Of a DNA stretch of 64,000 bases, positions 40,435-50,088 are shown in pieces; position 1 is the first letter of the stretch, and every line of letters begins with the position of its first letter. The translations under genes and the position numbers were made by a program. Source of the stretch: an uncultured Candidatus Saccharibacteria bacterium (GTDB taxonomy: Bacteria; Patescibacteriota; Minisyncoccia; Phycocordibacterales; CAIZLB01); the NCBI GenBank assembly GCA_964450605.1, contig CAYVEK010000002.1, forward strand, positions 14,384 to 78,383, read 5' to 3'. The notes beneath the pieces were generated by a model. The model was not told the DNA's origin and ran no database searches. It worked only from the letters and a program-made list of their open reading frames with translations.

Positions 40435-42765
40435 TTATTTATTTTCAGTATTTACTTTCAAATGTTGCATCGCCCGAACAAACTCCTCGTTAACTTTTTG
40501 CTCTAGATCTTTGAACATTATCAAGCCTTCCCTCTTATATTCAACCAGCGGATCTCGCTGACCAATACCTCGAAGCCCAACACTTGATCGAAGATGGTCC
40601 ATATGATCAAGGTGATTCATCCAGAAGTAATCATTTGCTTGTAGCCACATGTGTCGTGCGACTTGATAGAAATGTTCTTCACCTAGTTGACCTTTTAGAT
40701 TCAAAACTTCTGGTGTTTCAGGAAGTAGGATGTCTATCTTTTGTTTTAATTCTTCAGCAGATGCAAGAAGCAAATCTCTTCTTCTTCGATATACACTTTG
40801 TCGCTGTTGATTGAGAACGTTGTCATATTCAAGAACTTGTTTTCGTCCGTCAAAATGAAATCCTTCTATTCTCTTTTGGGCTGACTCAAGAGTTCGTGAT
40901 ACCAGTGGATGCTGTATAGCTTCATCTTCTGCCAGATTCATCTTAGTCATCAGATTTCGTATAAGTGTATTATTTCCAAATACACGCATCAGGTTATCAT
41001 CAAGAGAAACATAGAACTGTGTCTCTCCTGGATCTCCTTGTCGTCCAGAACGACCTCGTAGCTGATTGTCTATACGTCGAGCTTCATGACGCTCTGTACC
41101 GATAACATAGAGACCTCCGAGTGTTCGTATCTCTTCAGCTTCTTCTTTTGTAGCGGCAGGTCCACCAAGTTTTATATCAACACCTCGTCCTGCCATGTTT
41201 GTAGCTATAGTTACAGCACCTTTTTTACCAGCCTGAGCAACGATTTCTCCTTCTCGCTCTGCAAATTCTGGTTTGGCGTTCAATATGTTGTGCGGAACAC
41301 CTGATACTTTTAGATATTGTGAAAGGAGTTCGTTTTTTTCTATAGAAATAGTACCGACAAGAACAGGTTGCCCTTTTTGATTAAGTTCTTTGATCTTTTT
41401 TGCAATAGCTTTAAATTTACCAAGTTCCGTTAAGAATATAAGGTCATGCAAATCTTTTCGTGCAACAGGTCTATGTGTTGGTACTTCTATTACATCCAAA
41501 CCATATACTTTTACAAACTCTTCTCGACTTGTAAGACCTGTTCCTGTCATACCAGCAAGCTTTACATACAGTCTAAAGAAGTTTTGATATGTGATAGATG
41601 CAGCTGTTTTACTTTCTCGTTGTATCTGCACACCCTCTTTTGCCTCTATGGCTTGATGTATGCCCTCTGACCATCGTCGACCAGGTTGTAAACGTCCAGT
41701 TGATGCATCAACAATAATAACCTCTCCATCTTTTACAAGGTAATCAACTTCTTTAACAAAAAGCGCCTGTGCTTTTACAGCAGTCTCAAGATGATGAACA
41801 AGTTGTATGTTTGCAGTATCGTATAGATTTGATACACCAAGATTTTTCTCAGTAAGAGCGATACCGGCATCTGTTAATGTTACGGCCCGGTTTTTCTCAT
41901 CAACAATATAATGCTCTTCAGCATTCATATTTCGAACAATCTTGGCAAACTTCTTATATAGATCGTCAGATTCCGCTGCTGGTTGAGAGATGATAAGAGG
42001 TGTTCTTGATTCATCTATAAGAATAGAATCAGCCTCATCGATAATGGCAAAGAAAGGATCTCGCTGACGTAGATCTTGTACCTGCATACTGATGTTGTCA
42101 AACAAATAATCAAAACCAAATGCACTGTTTGTACCATATGTTATATCTGCTCTATATGCTTCTTGTTTAGTACAAGGTTTTAAAAACTTATGACCAACTT
42201 TAAAACTACCTGTCTGGTCTTCTACTTTATCTTCTTCAGGTGTTGTATGTGTTGGATCATACATGTATGCCTGATGTTGTGTTACAACTGCAACAGAAAG
42301 CCCAAGCATGTAATACACCTGACCCATCCATGCAGCATCTCGACATGATAGATAATCGTTTACTGTAACAACGTGTACACCGAGTCCAGTAAGTGCATTC
42401 AAATACGTAGGAAGTGTTGCCATCTGAGTTTTTCCTTCTCCTGTTTTCATTTCAGCAATATTTCCATCATGCAAAATCATTCCACCAATAAGCTGTACAT
42501 CATAATGTCTCTGATTTAATGTTCTCTTTGCTGATTCTCGTACAAGTGCAAATGCCTCAACTAAGTGACTATCTAACATGGGCTGAATAGATGCTCTATC
42601 CTTCTTTTCTGGTAGATTTGGTCGTATTGCATTTTGTAGAGCTATAGACTTTATCTTAAGCTCTTCATCAGATAGACCTTGGAGACTTACCTCTAAGGCA
42701 TTGATTTCATTGACTTTTTTCTGATATTTCTTGGTCGGCGAACCGAATAGATTAAATAATGACAT
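40435..42765 (-). CDS. secA: Preprotein translocase ATPase SecA
   Basis: Start corrected to MSLFNLFGSP (ATG complement at 42765). Walker A MKTGEGKT, DEAD-like Walker B, and the preprotein-binding, scaffold and wing domains. The longer ORF would overlap the upstream terminator hairpin. Confidence 0.95.
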   Translation of the reverse strand: MSLFNLFGSPTKKYQKKVNEINALEVSLQGLSDEELKIKSIALQNAIRPNLPEKKDRASIQPMLDSHLVEAFALVRESAKRTLNQRHYDVQLIGGMILHDGNIAEMKTGEGKTQMATLPTYLNALTGLGVHVVTVNDYLSCRDAAWMGQVYYMLGLSVAVVTQHQAYMYDPTHTTPEEDKVEDQTGSFKVGHKFLKPCTKQEAYRADITYGTNSAFGFDYLFDNISMQVQDLRQRDPFFAIIDEADSILIDESRTPLIISQPAAESDDLYKKFAKIVRNMNAEEHYIVDEKNRAVTLTDAGIALTEKNLGVSNLYDTANIQLVHHLETAVKAQALFVKEVDYLVKDGEVIIVDASTGRLQPGRRWSEGIHQAIEAKEGVQIQRESKTAASITYQNFFRLYVKLAGMTGTGLTSREEFVKVYGLDVIEVPTHRPVARKDLHDLIFLTELGKFKAIAKKIKELNQKGQPVLVGTISIEKNELLSQYLKVSGVPHNILNAKPEFAEREGEIVAQAGKKGAVTIATNMAGRGVDIKLGGPAATKEEAEEIRTLGGLYVIGTERHEARRIDNQLRGRSGRQGDPGETQFYVSLDDNLMRVFGNNTLIRNLMTKMNLAEDEAIQHPLVSRTLESAQKRIEGFHFDGRKQVLEYDNVLNQQRQSVYRRRRDLLLASAEELKQKIDILLPETPEVLNLKGQLGEEHFYQVARHMWLQANDYFWMNHLDHMDHLRSSVGLRGIGQRDPLVEYKREGLIMFKDLEQKVNEEFVRAMQHLKVNTENK

Positions 42766-42780
42766 GTATACATATATAGC

Positions 42781-42823
42781 ATATAAACGCAAAACGCGCT
42801 GGTCCGTGAGGACCAACGCGTTT
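42781..42823 (-). terminator. Intrinsic terminator of the Lys/Ala micro-ORF
   Basis: aaacgcgctggtcc-gtga-ggaccaacgcgttt (13/14 bp) with a T-rich tail on the minus strand. Confidence 0.5.
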
Positions 42824-42843
42824 CGCTTAGTGGGACTAAGAGA

Positions 42844-42924
42844 TTATTTTCTCTTAGCTGTTTTTTTAGCTTTTTTCTTAGCTACTTTTTTTGTAGCTTT
42901 TTTAGCTTTTTTCTTTGCTGCCAT
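42844..42924 (-). CDS. 26-aa highly basic Lys/Ala-repeat micro-protein (MAAKKKAKKATKKVAKKKAKKTAKRK)
   Basis: ATG..TAA ORF below the ORF-track cutoff. Has its own downstream terminator and a perfect 14-bp palindrome (gaaagagctctttc, 42951-42964) just upstream. Composition resembles histone-H1/Hc1-like tails. Confidence 0.3.
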   Translation of the reverse strand: MAAKKKAKKATKKVAKKKAKKTAKRK

Positions 42925-43125
42925 TTTTTTGTTTCAAAAAATTATTTTTAGAAAGAGCTCTTTCTTTGTCTGAAAATATTTCATAAAAAGAAAGCAATCA
43001 ACCGTGTTATGTAGATGTCCGACAAACATCTTCATCGACACGTAACTTTATTATCACGCAAAAAAAGTTTTGATGCAAATTTTTTTTGTAACTTTTTATG
43101 TGGATAAATATTTTTATAAAATTAT

Positions 43126-43791
43126 TTATTCAAAAATTTTAAAATCTCTCATAAACCAGTTTGAATTTTTTTTCAACAGCACTCCTTCAACAATAATTTC
43201 TTTTTTAGCCCACTTTTTATCAACAGATACAAGTTCTATTACCACAACTTCAGTTTGAGACATTCGATTTACAAATAATTTTCCATTACGGACAGAGCCG
43301 TACTCAATATCACCATCTTCGTTGTGAATAAAAAGTTTTCCATTTATTCTTATTTCTTTTCCTTCATTTTTCTGTAAATATTCTGCGATAGAAACATACC
43401 CATCAGGAAGGATAAAAGATTTTCTTTCAGAAATGCTGGATGATGGAGAATTTTTCTTAATCGTATAAAAAACAACCGGCACTGACAGTAAACACGTTAA
43501 GATAAAACCTATAATAAGTAAGGTTGTTGTTTTAAATACAAATATACTCAAAATTAAAATAATCAAACTTATAAGTAGTGGTATATATATTGATGCAAGA
43601 TGAGAAAACTTTGCACCAGGAGAATCTAAAAACAATGTAGAAAATAGTAAAATTATAATCCATACAAAAACGTTAATTGATTCTAAGGCCAGGATGATGG
43701 TTCGCATACATATAGTATAACAAAGAAAAAGCGCGACGATGTGTTTCAATCGTAGCGCTCGTGTATTTGATGACGCAGTTTGTTTCTGCAA
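43126..43791 (-). CDS. Hypothetical membrane protein (3 TM + C-terminal soluble domain)
   Basis: 221 aa; start possibly at internal MRTIILALE. No recognisable motif. Confidence 0.45.
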   Translation of the reverse strand: MQKQTASSNTRALRLKHIVALFLCYTICMRTIILALESINVFVWIIILLFSTLFLDSPGAKFSHLASIYIPLLISLIILILSIFVFKTTTLLIIGFILTCLLSVPVVFYTIKKNSPSSSISERKSFILPDGYVSIAEYLQKNEGKEIRINGKLFIHNEDGDIEYGSVRNGKLFVNRMSQTEVVVIELVSVDKKWAKKEIIVEGVLLKKNSNWFMRDFKIFE

Positions 43792-43814
43792 AAATTTTGC
43801 GATGTAATATCGCG

Positions 43815-44945
43815 TTAACCTTGCGGCGGAGGTGGAGGTTCACCATCTATATCACCATCACCCACCCCGCCTCCAGACGGATTTACTGGAGGAAAAACCA
43901 TTGTTGCATCCGGATCTGGTGGATTGCTACTGACAGGTGTAGGATCGATTGGGATAGATCTCCTCACAGGTGGTGCCGGACTAGGTCTCACAGGAGCCGA
44001 TCCGCCACCAACCATTGTTACACATGGCAACGGGTCAGGTTTGTGCGGGAAGTTGAATGGCCTTTGCGGCAGTAACACTGGATCTTGTGGAGTAACAACT
44101 TCGTCTTCCTCAAGAGGATCGTCGCCATACTCATCTTTCGACCACCGACTTCTCCAATCTTTAATCTTTTCGGTGATGGGATGGCGAAAAATTATCACCA
44201 AGAATACGAACGTGACTACCAGTCCTAAGGACCAGTACCCGAATCCAAATTGTTCTTGAGATACAGTGCTCTCATCGCGCTCAGCTGAAGTTGTAACCGG
44301 CGTTGTGGGTACTACTTGGGGCTGAGCAGCAACCTGTGCCCGCTGTTCTTCCAACAGCCTAACTGTGTCGGTGGCCAGCTTGAGCTGCTCAGCCATCTTA
44401 GTTCCCTCTTCTTTCAGAGCGGAGACTTGTCCCTCGAGAGCAATCTTTTCCGCTTTGAGTTTTTCGACCAGATCTTCGGTCTTTTTTTTCTCAACCCTGA
44501 GAGCTTCCACTTCCAGCTTCAGAGCATCGGCGCGAGCTTTTTCAGCTTCAGCTTTCGCCTCAGCTTTTTCTAGATCCTTAATGACCTGTGGAATCACCTC
44601 CAAGCTTGGAAGTGCATCGTTTGGATTATCCAGAGACTTAAGCCCTGTCCGCCGATGAAATTCCTCCACAGTGCGCGCCGGCCACATATGAGTGACAAGC
44701 ACACGGTTGCGGCCGATGATGGCTCTATACCCCATCGCACAAGGCGTGAGGCATTTGATGTTCGTATGCACCGCACGCGGACACACGACTTTAATCTCAT
44801 CACACTGAGCCTCGATAAGACTCTTGATGGTAAGCGTGGTGGAAGGGTATACAACCCCATCCACTGTACGCCCTTTAGCCGGGGCGAGTTCGGCACTAGA
44901 GAGGATGATCAACAGAGCGATCACCCATCGAACTATAGTGTTCAT
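43815..44945 (-). CDS. Secreted/bitopic protein: signal peptide, Cys-containing N-domain, ~90-aa coiled coil (KAEAKAEAEK..), TM helix, Pro-rich tail; GC-rich
   Basis: Start at MNTIVRWVIALLIILSSAELAPA. Local GC is ~50% against ~35% background. Tail is PPPPPQG. Confidence 0.5.
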   Translation of the reverse strand: MNTIVRWVIALLIILSSAELAPAKGRTVDGVVYPSTTLTIKSLIEAQCDEIKVVCPRAVHTNIKCLTPCAMGYRAIIGRNRVLVTHMWPARTVEEFHRRTGLKSLDNPNDALPSLEVIPQVIKDLEKAEAKAEAEKARADALKLEVEALRVEKKKTEDLVEKLKAEKIALEGQVSALKEEGTKMAEQLKLATDTVRLLEEQRAQVAAQPQVVPTTPVTTSAERDESTVSQEQFGFGYWSLGLVVTFVFLVIIFRHPITEKIKDWRSRWSKDEYGDDPLEEDEVVTPQDPVLLPQRPFNFPHKPDPLPCVTMVGGGSAPVRPSPAPPVRRSIPIDPTPVSSNPPDPDATMVFPPVNPSGGGVGDGDIDGEPPPPPQG

Positions 44946-45093
44946 GACGTTAGAAAAATGAAGCCACACTCTCAAATCCACCCGGATCCAAGAGCACAAC
45001 TTCGGAAATACTGTGCATTGGCAATATACAATTAAAAAGAAGTGCCGTCAACCATCGCGAACAGCACTTCTTTTTTCATACATCTATCGAAAA

Positions 45094-47361
45094 CTACTTT
45101 GCTAGAGTCTCAAACTCAGCTTTCTTTTCTGGTATAAGCTCACCAAGTCTCTTGGCCAAAACTTTTGCAGCAACAGGTTGTTTAATCTCTTTGAATGGAC
45201 TCCACAATCTAGTATCAAACACCACCTTGTGACCATACTGTTTGTATGCATCTGCCAAGATCTGTGCAACACCACCAAGTGCAACAAGATCAAATGAATT
45301 ATCTTTTTTTCGCGCAGCCTCTATACTCATAGAAACATAATATGTTAACGCCTCTTCATTTTGTAGAGCATCTTGATATGCCTTTCGAACATATTCAACC
45401 GCTCTATCTTTTTCCCCTTTTCGTATATGTAGCAGTGCAAGTGCATACGCGAATGCCTGCTTCTTTGGAGATAGATTATATGCCTTTTCTGCATACAACA
45501 TCGCGTTGTTAATATCACCTATGGCTGTATACATATTTGCTGCAAAAAATGAATATCGAGGTTCATTTGGAGTTAGATTTATCTGTTTATTTATCTGCTC
45601 TTCTGCAAGAGTATAGAAATTCATTTTGGTTTGCTGTGATACTGTTTGAGAATTTATAGCTGAAGCAGTTAGGTTTGTAAGCTGTTCAAACACTTCACTT
45701 GTTGGACGCCCTGTATCATATATCTCTTTAATAAGATTGTATGATATGTCCATAGGAGACTCTTTTAGACGGGCAGCTATCTCAGGTGTAACTTGTGATT
45801 GTTGATTTGCAACAGCGACGGCTTTTGCAAGATTTGAATTTTGCGTAAGAGGAACAAGTACTGATTTGTACATGGTATAACAACATACCAGAAGAACAGC
45901 AAATGATGTTCCAAGTATCACAGTTCCAATATCATCAAATCGTTTTTCTTTTGTAGAAATTCGATCATGAGTGTTTCTGTCATGAACATAAGCTAAGAAT
46001 AAGAAGAACAAAACATAACTTGTTAAGTTATCAAACACGAACAGATTGTGAATAAAATACGCAACAAGTAATCCAAGCAAAACTGATCTCTCGACAACAG
46101 TCATCTGAGTTTTCTTTGATAAGATGAGCCAAGCTGCTAGCACGAAGAAAGATAGATATGCAAGAAGTCCAAAAGTTCCCGTTGCGATCCACCAATCTAG
46201 GAACACATTGTGAGATCGATCAAACCAATGCTCTCGATCATACATGTTCGGATTATAATATTTTGCAAATACTTGACCGAAATTATCCTGCCCCCAACCA
46301 AACCAAGGTTTTTCTTGGATACCCTGCAAAGCAACACCCCACAACATCTTTCTATCACCTCCAACTGTATTAAATATTTTTTCAAAATCAAAACTAATCA
46401 AATTTGCATAACGTGCTAGTTGAGGTTTTGACTGAACCCACTGACTATTTTTAGAGATACCAAGCACAGCAACACATGCAAGCATTGCAGTAAATACACC
46501 TAGCGCTATGTATTTCAATACTTTGTTTTTCTCTTTCCAGGCAAGATAAATAGAAGTAATAAATATTCCACCTATAAGACCAGCAAACGAACCTCGAGTA
46601 CCTGTTTTATATAAGATAAATAAATTAAATACTCCAATAACTACAAAAACAACAATACCAACCACCTCTATCGACTCCAATCTTCGAGCAGGCTTATGTT
46701 GACCAGGTTGAAGTAACTCAGACTCTCTATTACCTCGAACAAACATCAGAACAAATAATAATGATAAGAAGGCATGTATAAGTGCATAGACTCCTAGATA
46801 TGATGAGTTTCCAAGAGGCCCTGATATACGAGCTGCGGCCTTAACAGATTCTAGTTGGGATGCTGGGACACCAGCCTGCACAGCCTGAGCAACAGCTTTG
46901 CTTATATCTCCAAGAGACCATACACCAACTACTGCAGAAACAAATAAGCTAAAACCAGCGAGCCAAGCCCACTCTCTCTTACGTACTGTGGCTGATGCCG
47001 CTATAAATAAGGCTCCGAGATGCAACATTAGAGAATAACCTTCCATACGTTCAAAGTTGCTCCAGAAACTTCTAAAAGGGCTTTCACTTAAAATATTTGA
47101 AATACCAGCAATAACCAAAAACGCAACCAGTGCATACAGCAACTTAGACTTGCGCGGACGAGATGATGGATCTATAACAGCTAGTACTATATATAGTCCG
47201 AGAGTTAGCTGTGTTAAAGCTTTTATAAATAATCCTTTACCTACTATATAAGGGAAATACATTTTTCCTCCAAATATAAGTGGTGTGCACAAGAGTATTG
47301 CTAAGAATCCTAGTATAATTATTCGCAAAATAGACTTTGCCTGTGAATTTTGAGTAGTCAT
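45094..47361 (-). CDS. O-antigen-ligase/Wzy-like polytopic membrane protein with C-terminal TPR repeats
   Basis: Start at MTTQNSQAKSILRIIILGFL. ~12 TM with a Wzy_C-like loop region, then ~250-aa TPR-like helical repeats (AYNLSPKKQAFAYALALLHIRKGEKDRAVEY). Confidence 0.55.
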   Translation of the reverse strand: MTTQNSQAKSILRIIILGFLAILLCTPLIFGGKMYFPYIVGKGLFIKALTQLTLGLYIVLAVIDPSSRPRKSKLLYALVAFLVIAGISNILSESPFRSFWSNFERMEGYSLMLHLGALFIAASATVRKREWAWLAGFSLFVSAVVGVWSLGDISKAVAQAVQAGVPASQLESVKAAARISGPLGNSSYLGVYALIHAFLSLLFVLMFVRGNRESELLQPGQHKPARRLESIEVVGIVVFVVIGVFNLFILYKTGTRGSFAGLIGGIFITSIYLAWKEKNKVLKYIALGVFTAMLACVAVLGISKNSQWVQSKPQLARYANLISFDFEKIFNTVGGDRKMLWGVALQGIQEKPWFGWGQDNFGQVFAKYYNPNMYDREHWFDRSHNVFLDWWIATGTFGLLAYLSFFVLAAWLILSKKTQMTVVERSVLLGLLVAYFIHNLFVFDNLTSYVLFFLFLAYVHDRNTHDRISTKEKRFDDIGTVILGTSFAVLLVCCYTMYKSVLVPLTQNSNLAKAVAVANQQSQVTPEIAARLKESPMDISYNLIKEIYDTGRPTSEVFEQLTNLTASAINSQTVSQQTKMNFYTLAEEQINKQINLTPNEPRYSFFAANMYTAIGDINNAMLYAEKAYNLSPKKQAFAYALALLHIRKGEKDRAVEYVRKAYQDALQNEEALTYYVSMSIEAARKKDNSFDLVALGGVAQILADAYKQYGHKVVFDTRLWSPFKEIKQPVAAKVLAKRLGELIPEKKAEFETLAK

Positions 47362-47395
47362 AGCGCTATGATAGCATACTAATAAAGGCAAAAAT

Positions 47396-48067
47396 ATGAT
47401 TCCTAAAGAAATACATTACGTTTGGGTTGGTGGCAAGGAGCTACCACAAACGGCTCAAAAATGCTTGGAAAGTTGGCAAAAAAATATGCCTGACTTTAAG
47501 ATCACTCGATGGGATGAAACAAACAGCCCTATGTCTGTCCCATATATACAATATATGTATACGGCCAAGAAGTGGGCCTTTGTTTCTGACTATATACGTT
47601 TTTGGGTTCTAAAAAATAAAGGCGGTCTGTATTTTGATACAGATAGCCTTGTACTAAAGCCTTTTGGGCCAGAGCTCATGAATGGAGACGCATTTGATGT
47701 GTTTCTCGGATGGATGCAGGATGGATATATAGGGTGTGGGGTTATAGGCGCTGTGGTAAATCATCCTTTTATATCCGCCGTACTCGATGCGTATGATAAG
47801 GCGGACCCTACTCTCTTTGAGACCTGTCCTCAGATAGTTACGCGTGTATACAAAAGTCAGACATGGGATAAGGTAAAGATTTTTGACATTGCATATTTTA
47901 ATCCGTGTGAAGCTCAAGAAAAAAGAACTCTTGAAAAATTAAAACTTGCGTACGTTGACAATATGTATGCTGAAAGCTGGGTATCCTACCGATGGCTTAG
48001 ACGTTTTTTGAGAAAGACAGGTTTAATGAAAATTATAAAGAAAATACTCGGCCATGCAAAAAGTTAA
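47396..48067 (+). CDS. GT32-family (Gly_transf_sug / OCH1-like, DXD) glycosyltransferase
   Basis: IHYVWVGGKELP...FVSDYIRFWVLKNKGGLYFDTDSL: N-terminal motif and DXD. Confidence 0.6.
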   Translation: MIPKEIHYVWVGGKELPQTAQKCLESWQKNMPDFKITRWDETNSPMSVPYIQYMYTAKKWAFVSDYIRFWVLKNKGGLYFDTDSLVLKPFGPELMNGDAFDVFLGWMQDGYIGCGVIGAVVNHPFISAVLDAYDKADPTLFETCPQIVTRVYKSQTWDKVKIFDIAYFNPCEAQEKRTLEKLKLAYVDNMYAESWVSYRWLRRFLRKTGLMKIIKKILGHAKS

Positions 48068-49319
48068 AAGCTACATACATCATATAAACAATCGTTTTTT
48101 TAACCTTGATTTAAAATTCTTGGTTAAAAATTCTTTTTATACACTATCTTCATATATAGTTTCTGTGTTATGTACTCTGCTTATCACATATGTGATAGCC
48201 AACAACATAAGTGAACATCATACAGGTATATATAGATACGTATTTTCTTGGTACGGAGTACTGGGAGCATTTATGCTTTCAGGTATAACATCAGCACTTA
48301 CGATCTCTACCGCCAAAGGTTACAACTCACTACGTAAAGCATTTATCTATAAAAGTTGGTTTTCTTTTTTTGGACTTATAGTGTCCCTTGGAGGTGCATT
48401 GTACTATAAGATAGGTGGGAACGAAGAATTGTTCTGGAACTTTGTATTGCTTGCAATATCTCTTCCTATTCTTGAAATATCAAATCTGTACAACTCATAT
48501 CTGCAAGGTGCTGAAAAATTTAAAACTTCAGCCAAGTTTACAGTACTAAATAAAATATCAACTCTTATAAGTATTGTACTGTTTGTCTACGTATTACATA
48601 TACCGAACTCTTACATACTTCTTATATCAAACATAACCTTAGTTGCCGTTATTCAACTTCTCTATATATACAAAGTTCACTCTGATCACAGACTACCTGT
48701 ATCAGACGAGACAAGTGATCCTAAGCTTTTACGTAATTCTATACATTTTAGTTTGATGGGCATAGCGTACACTATAGGACAGCAGGCTGATAAATTTATC
48801 TTATTTAAATTTTTTGGAACAACAGCTCTTGCTGGATACTGGATAGCAACTGTTATACCTCTCGAGATACAGCGCTTTCTAACACAAATCATAAGTATAT
48901 ACACCCCAAAAATCGTACGAGTAGACGAACACGATCCTGCATTTAGAAAAAAATTTATTAGAATACTTTCAATTATTTCAATCAGCCTACTTTGTCTAGT
49001 TGGAATATACTATGCAACTGCACCTTATGTATTTAGTATACTATTTCCGAAATATACAGACGTCATCCCTCTTTCAAAACTATTTTTCTGGATTATTGTT
49101 TTTACCCCATTTACATTTATCTGGAGTTTTTTTGTGGCTCGAACACATATCAAAAAAACATACTTTTTCCATATCGCTGACCCTGCAATACAGATAGGTT
49201 TATATTTCTTGTTAATATACAATTTCCAATTGGGAGTTGTTGGGGTTATATACGCAATTCTTGCAAAGAATGCAATCATGAGTCTTATAGGGCTAGGATG
49301 GTTTATCAGTAAAAAGTAA
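48054..49319 (+). CDS. Wzx-type oligosaccharide flippase (MOP/polysaccharide biosynthesis protein family)
   Basis: 421 aa, 12-14 TM. PST-family profile. Confidence 0.6.
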   Translation: MQKVKSYIHHINNRFFNLDLKFLVKNSFYTLSSYIVSVLCTLLITYVIANNISEHHTGIYRYVFSWYGVLGAFMLSGITSALTISTAKGYNSLRKAFIYKSWFSFFGLIVSLGGALYYKIGGNEELFWNFVLLAISLPILEISNLYNSYLQGAEKFKTSAKFTVLNKISTLISIVLFVYVLHIPNSYILLISNITLVAVIQLLYIYKVHSDHRLPVSDETSDPKLLRNSIHFSLMGIAYTIGQQADKFILFKFFGTTALAGYWIATVIPLEIQRFLTQIISIYTPKIVRVDEHDPAFRKKFIRILSIISISLLCLVGIYYATAPYVFSILFPKYTDVIPLSKLFFWIIVFTPFTFIWSFFVARTHIKKTYFFHIADPAIQIGLYFLLIYNFQLGVVGVIYAILAKNAIMSLIGLGWFISKK

Positions 49320-49323
49320 AATC

Positions 49324-50088
49324 ATGAACTATAAAATATACGTCATAAATCTAGATAAAGACGCGGACAGACTTTCATTTATGAGTTCACAACTCACTGA
49401 ACTTGGTTTATCTTTTGAACGCTTCCCTGCCATTCTTGGGAAAGAACATGACTTTTCAAATGAATACGATGCGTCTTTGTGTGTAAAGAAAAATGGAGTA
49501 CCTATGACTACATCTGAACTAGGGTGCGCCTTATCTCACAAAAAAGTTTACGAAAAAATACTGCAAGGACAAGAAGAGTTTGGATTAGTTTTCGAAGATG
49601 ATATTGCCATACATGATAAAAATTTCAAAAAAATACTAGCAAACACAATACAAGAAAATTTAAAAAAACATTCTTGGGACTACTTGCAATTTGACTATCA
49701 AAAACCTGGTATATCTTGGATTAAAGCATGGTTAGATCAAGTTAGACGTACTTTTAATATACGTACCGATCCATTATCACGCTATACACATATATTACTC
49801 AGTATCTGTAAACTGCCGATCGTAATCCTGCTCGGTTTATATGAGGGTATACGAAATATGTTTGTCAAAGGACCTGTTTCTTTTCACCGTGATGTATATT
49901 TTGCAGGTTGCTATCTCATAACAAAAAAAGGTGCAGAGACGCTATTACAGTTATCAGATAAACTTATATATCCAGCTGATCGTATACAAAATGAGGCAAA
50001 AAAACAACTTGGTTTAAAAATTAAATATTTTAGCCCCGTTATAGCTTTTCAACAAAGAAATAAATTTAAAACAAATATTGGACTATGA
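49324..50088 (+). CDS. GT25-family (LPS/LOS beta-glycosyltransferase, Lic2B-like) glycosyltransferase
   Basis: MNYKIYVINLDKDADRLSFMSSQL...ELGCALSHKKVYEKI fits the GT25 N-terminal signature. Confidence 0.65.
   Translation: MNYKIYVINLDKDADRLSFMSSQLTELGLSFERFPAILGKEHDFSNEYDASLCVKKNGVPMTTSELGCALSHKKVYEKILQGQEEFGLVFEDDIAIHDKNFKKILANTIQENLKKHSWDYLQFDYQKPGISWIKAWLDQVRRTFNIRTDPLSRYTHILLSICKLPIVILLGLYEGIRNMFVKGPVSFHRDVYFAGCYLITKKGAETLLQLSDKLIYPADRIQNEAKKQLGLKIKYFSPVIAFQQRNKFKTNIGL

Noticed and set aside
42766-42816. N-terminal 17-codon extension of the secA ORF (MVLTDQRVLRLYAIYVY)
   Set aside because: The extension overlaps the upstream terminator hairpin. The canonical SecA N-terminus begins at MSLFNLFG (42765).
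42845-42925. CRISPR-like short repeats (tagctttttt / ttagc units)
   Set aside because: The repeats are the codon-level KKAKK repetition of a micro-ORF. They have variable length, no spacers, and no flanking leader or cas genes.
11999-45060. Treating the three GC-rich islands as proven horizontal transfers or as a single mobile element
   Set aside because: No integrase, tRNA target or direct repeats flank any of them, and each is small. A compositional anomaly alone cannot distinguish HGT from assembly chimerism, so they are reported as findings to be tested rather than as mobile_element features.
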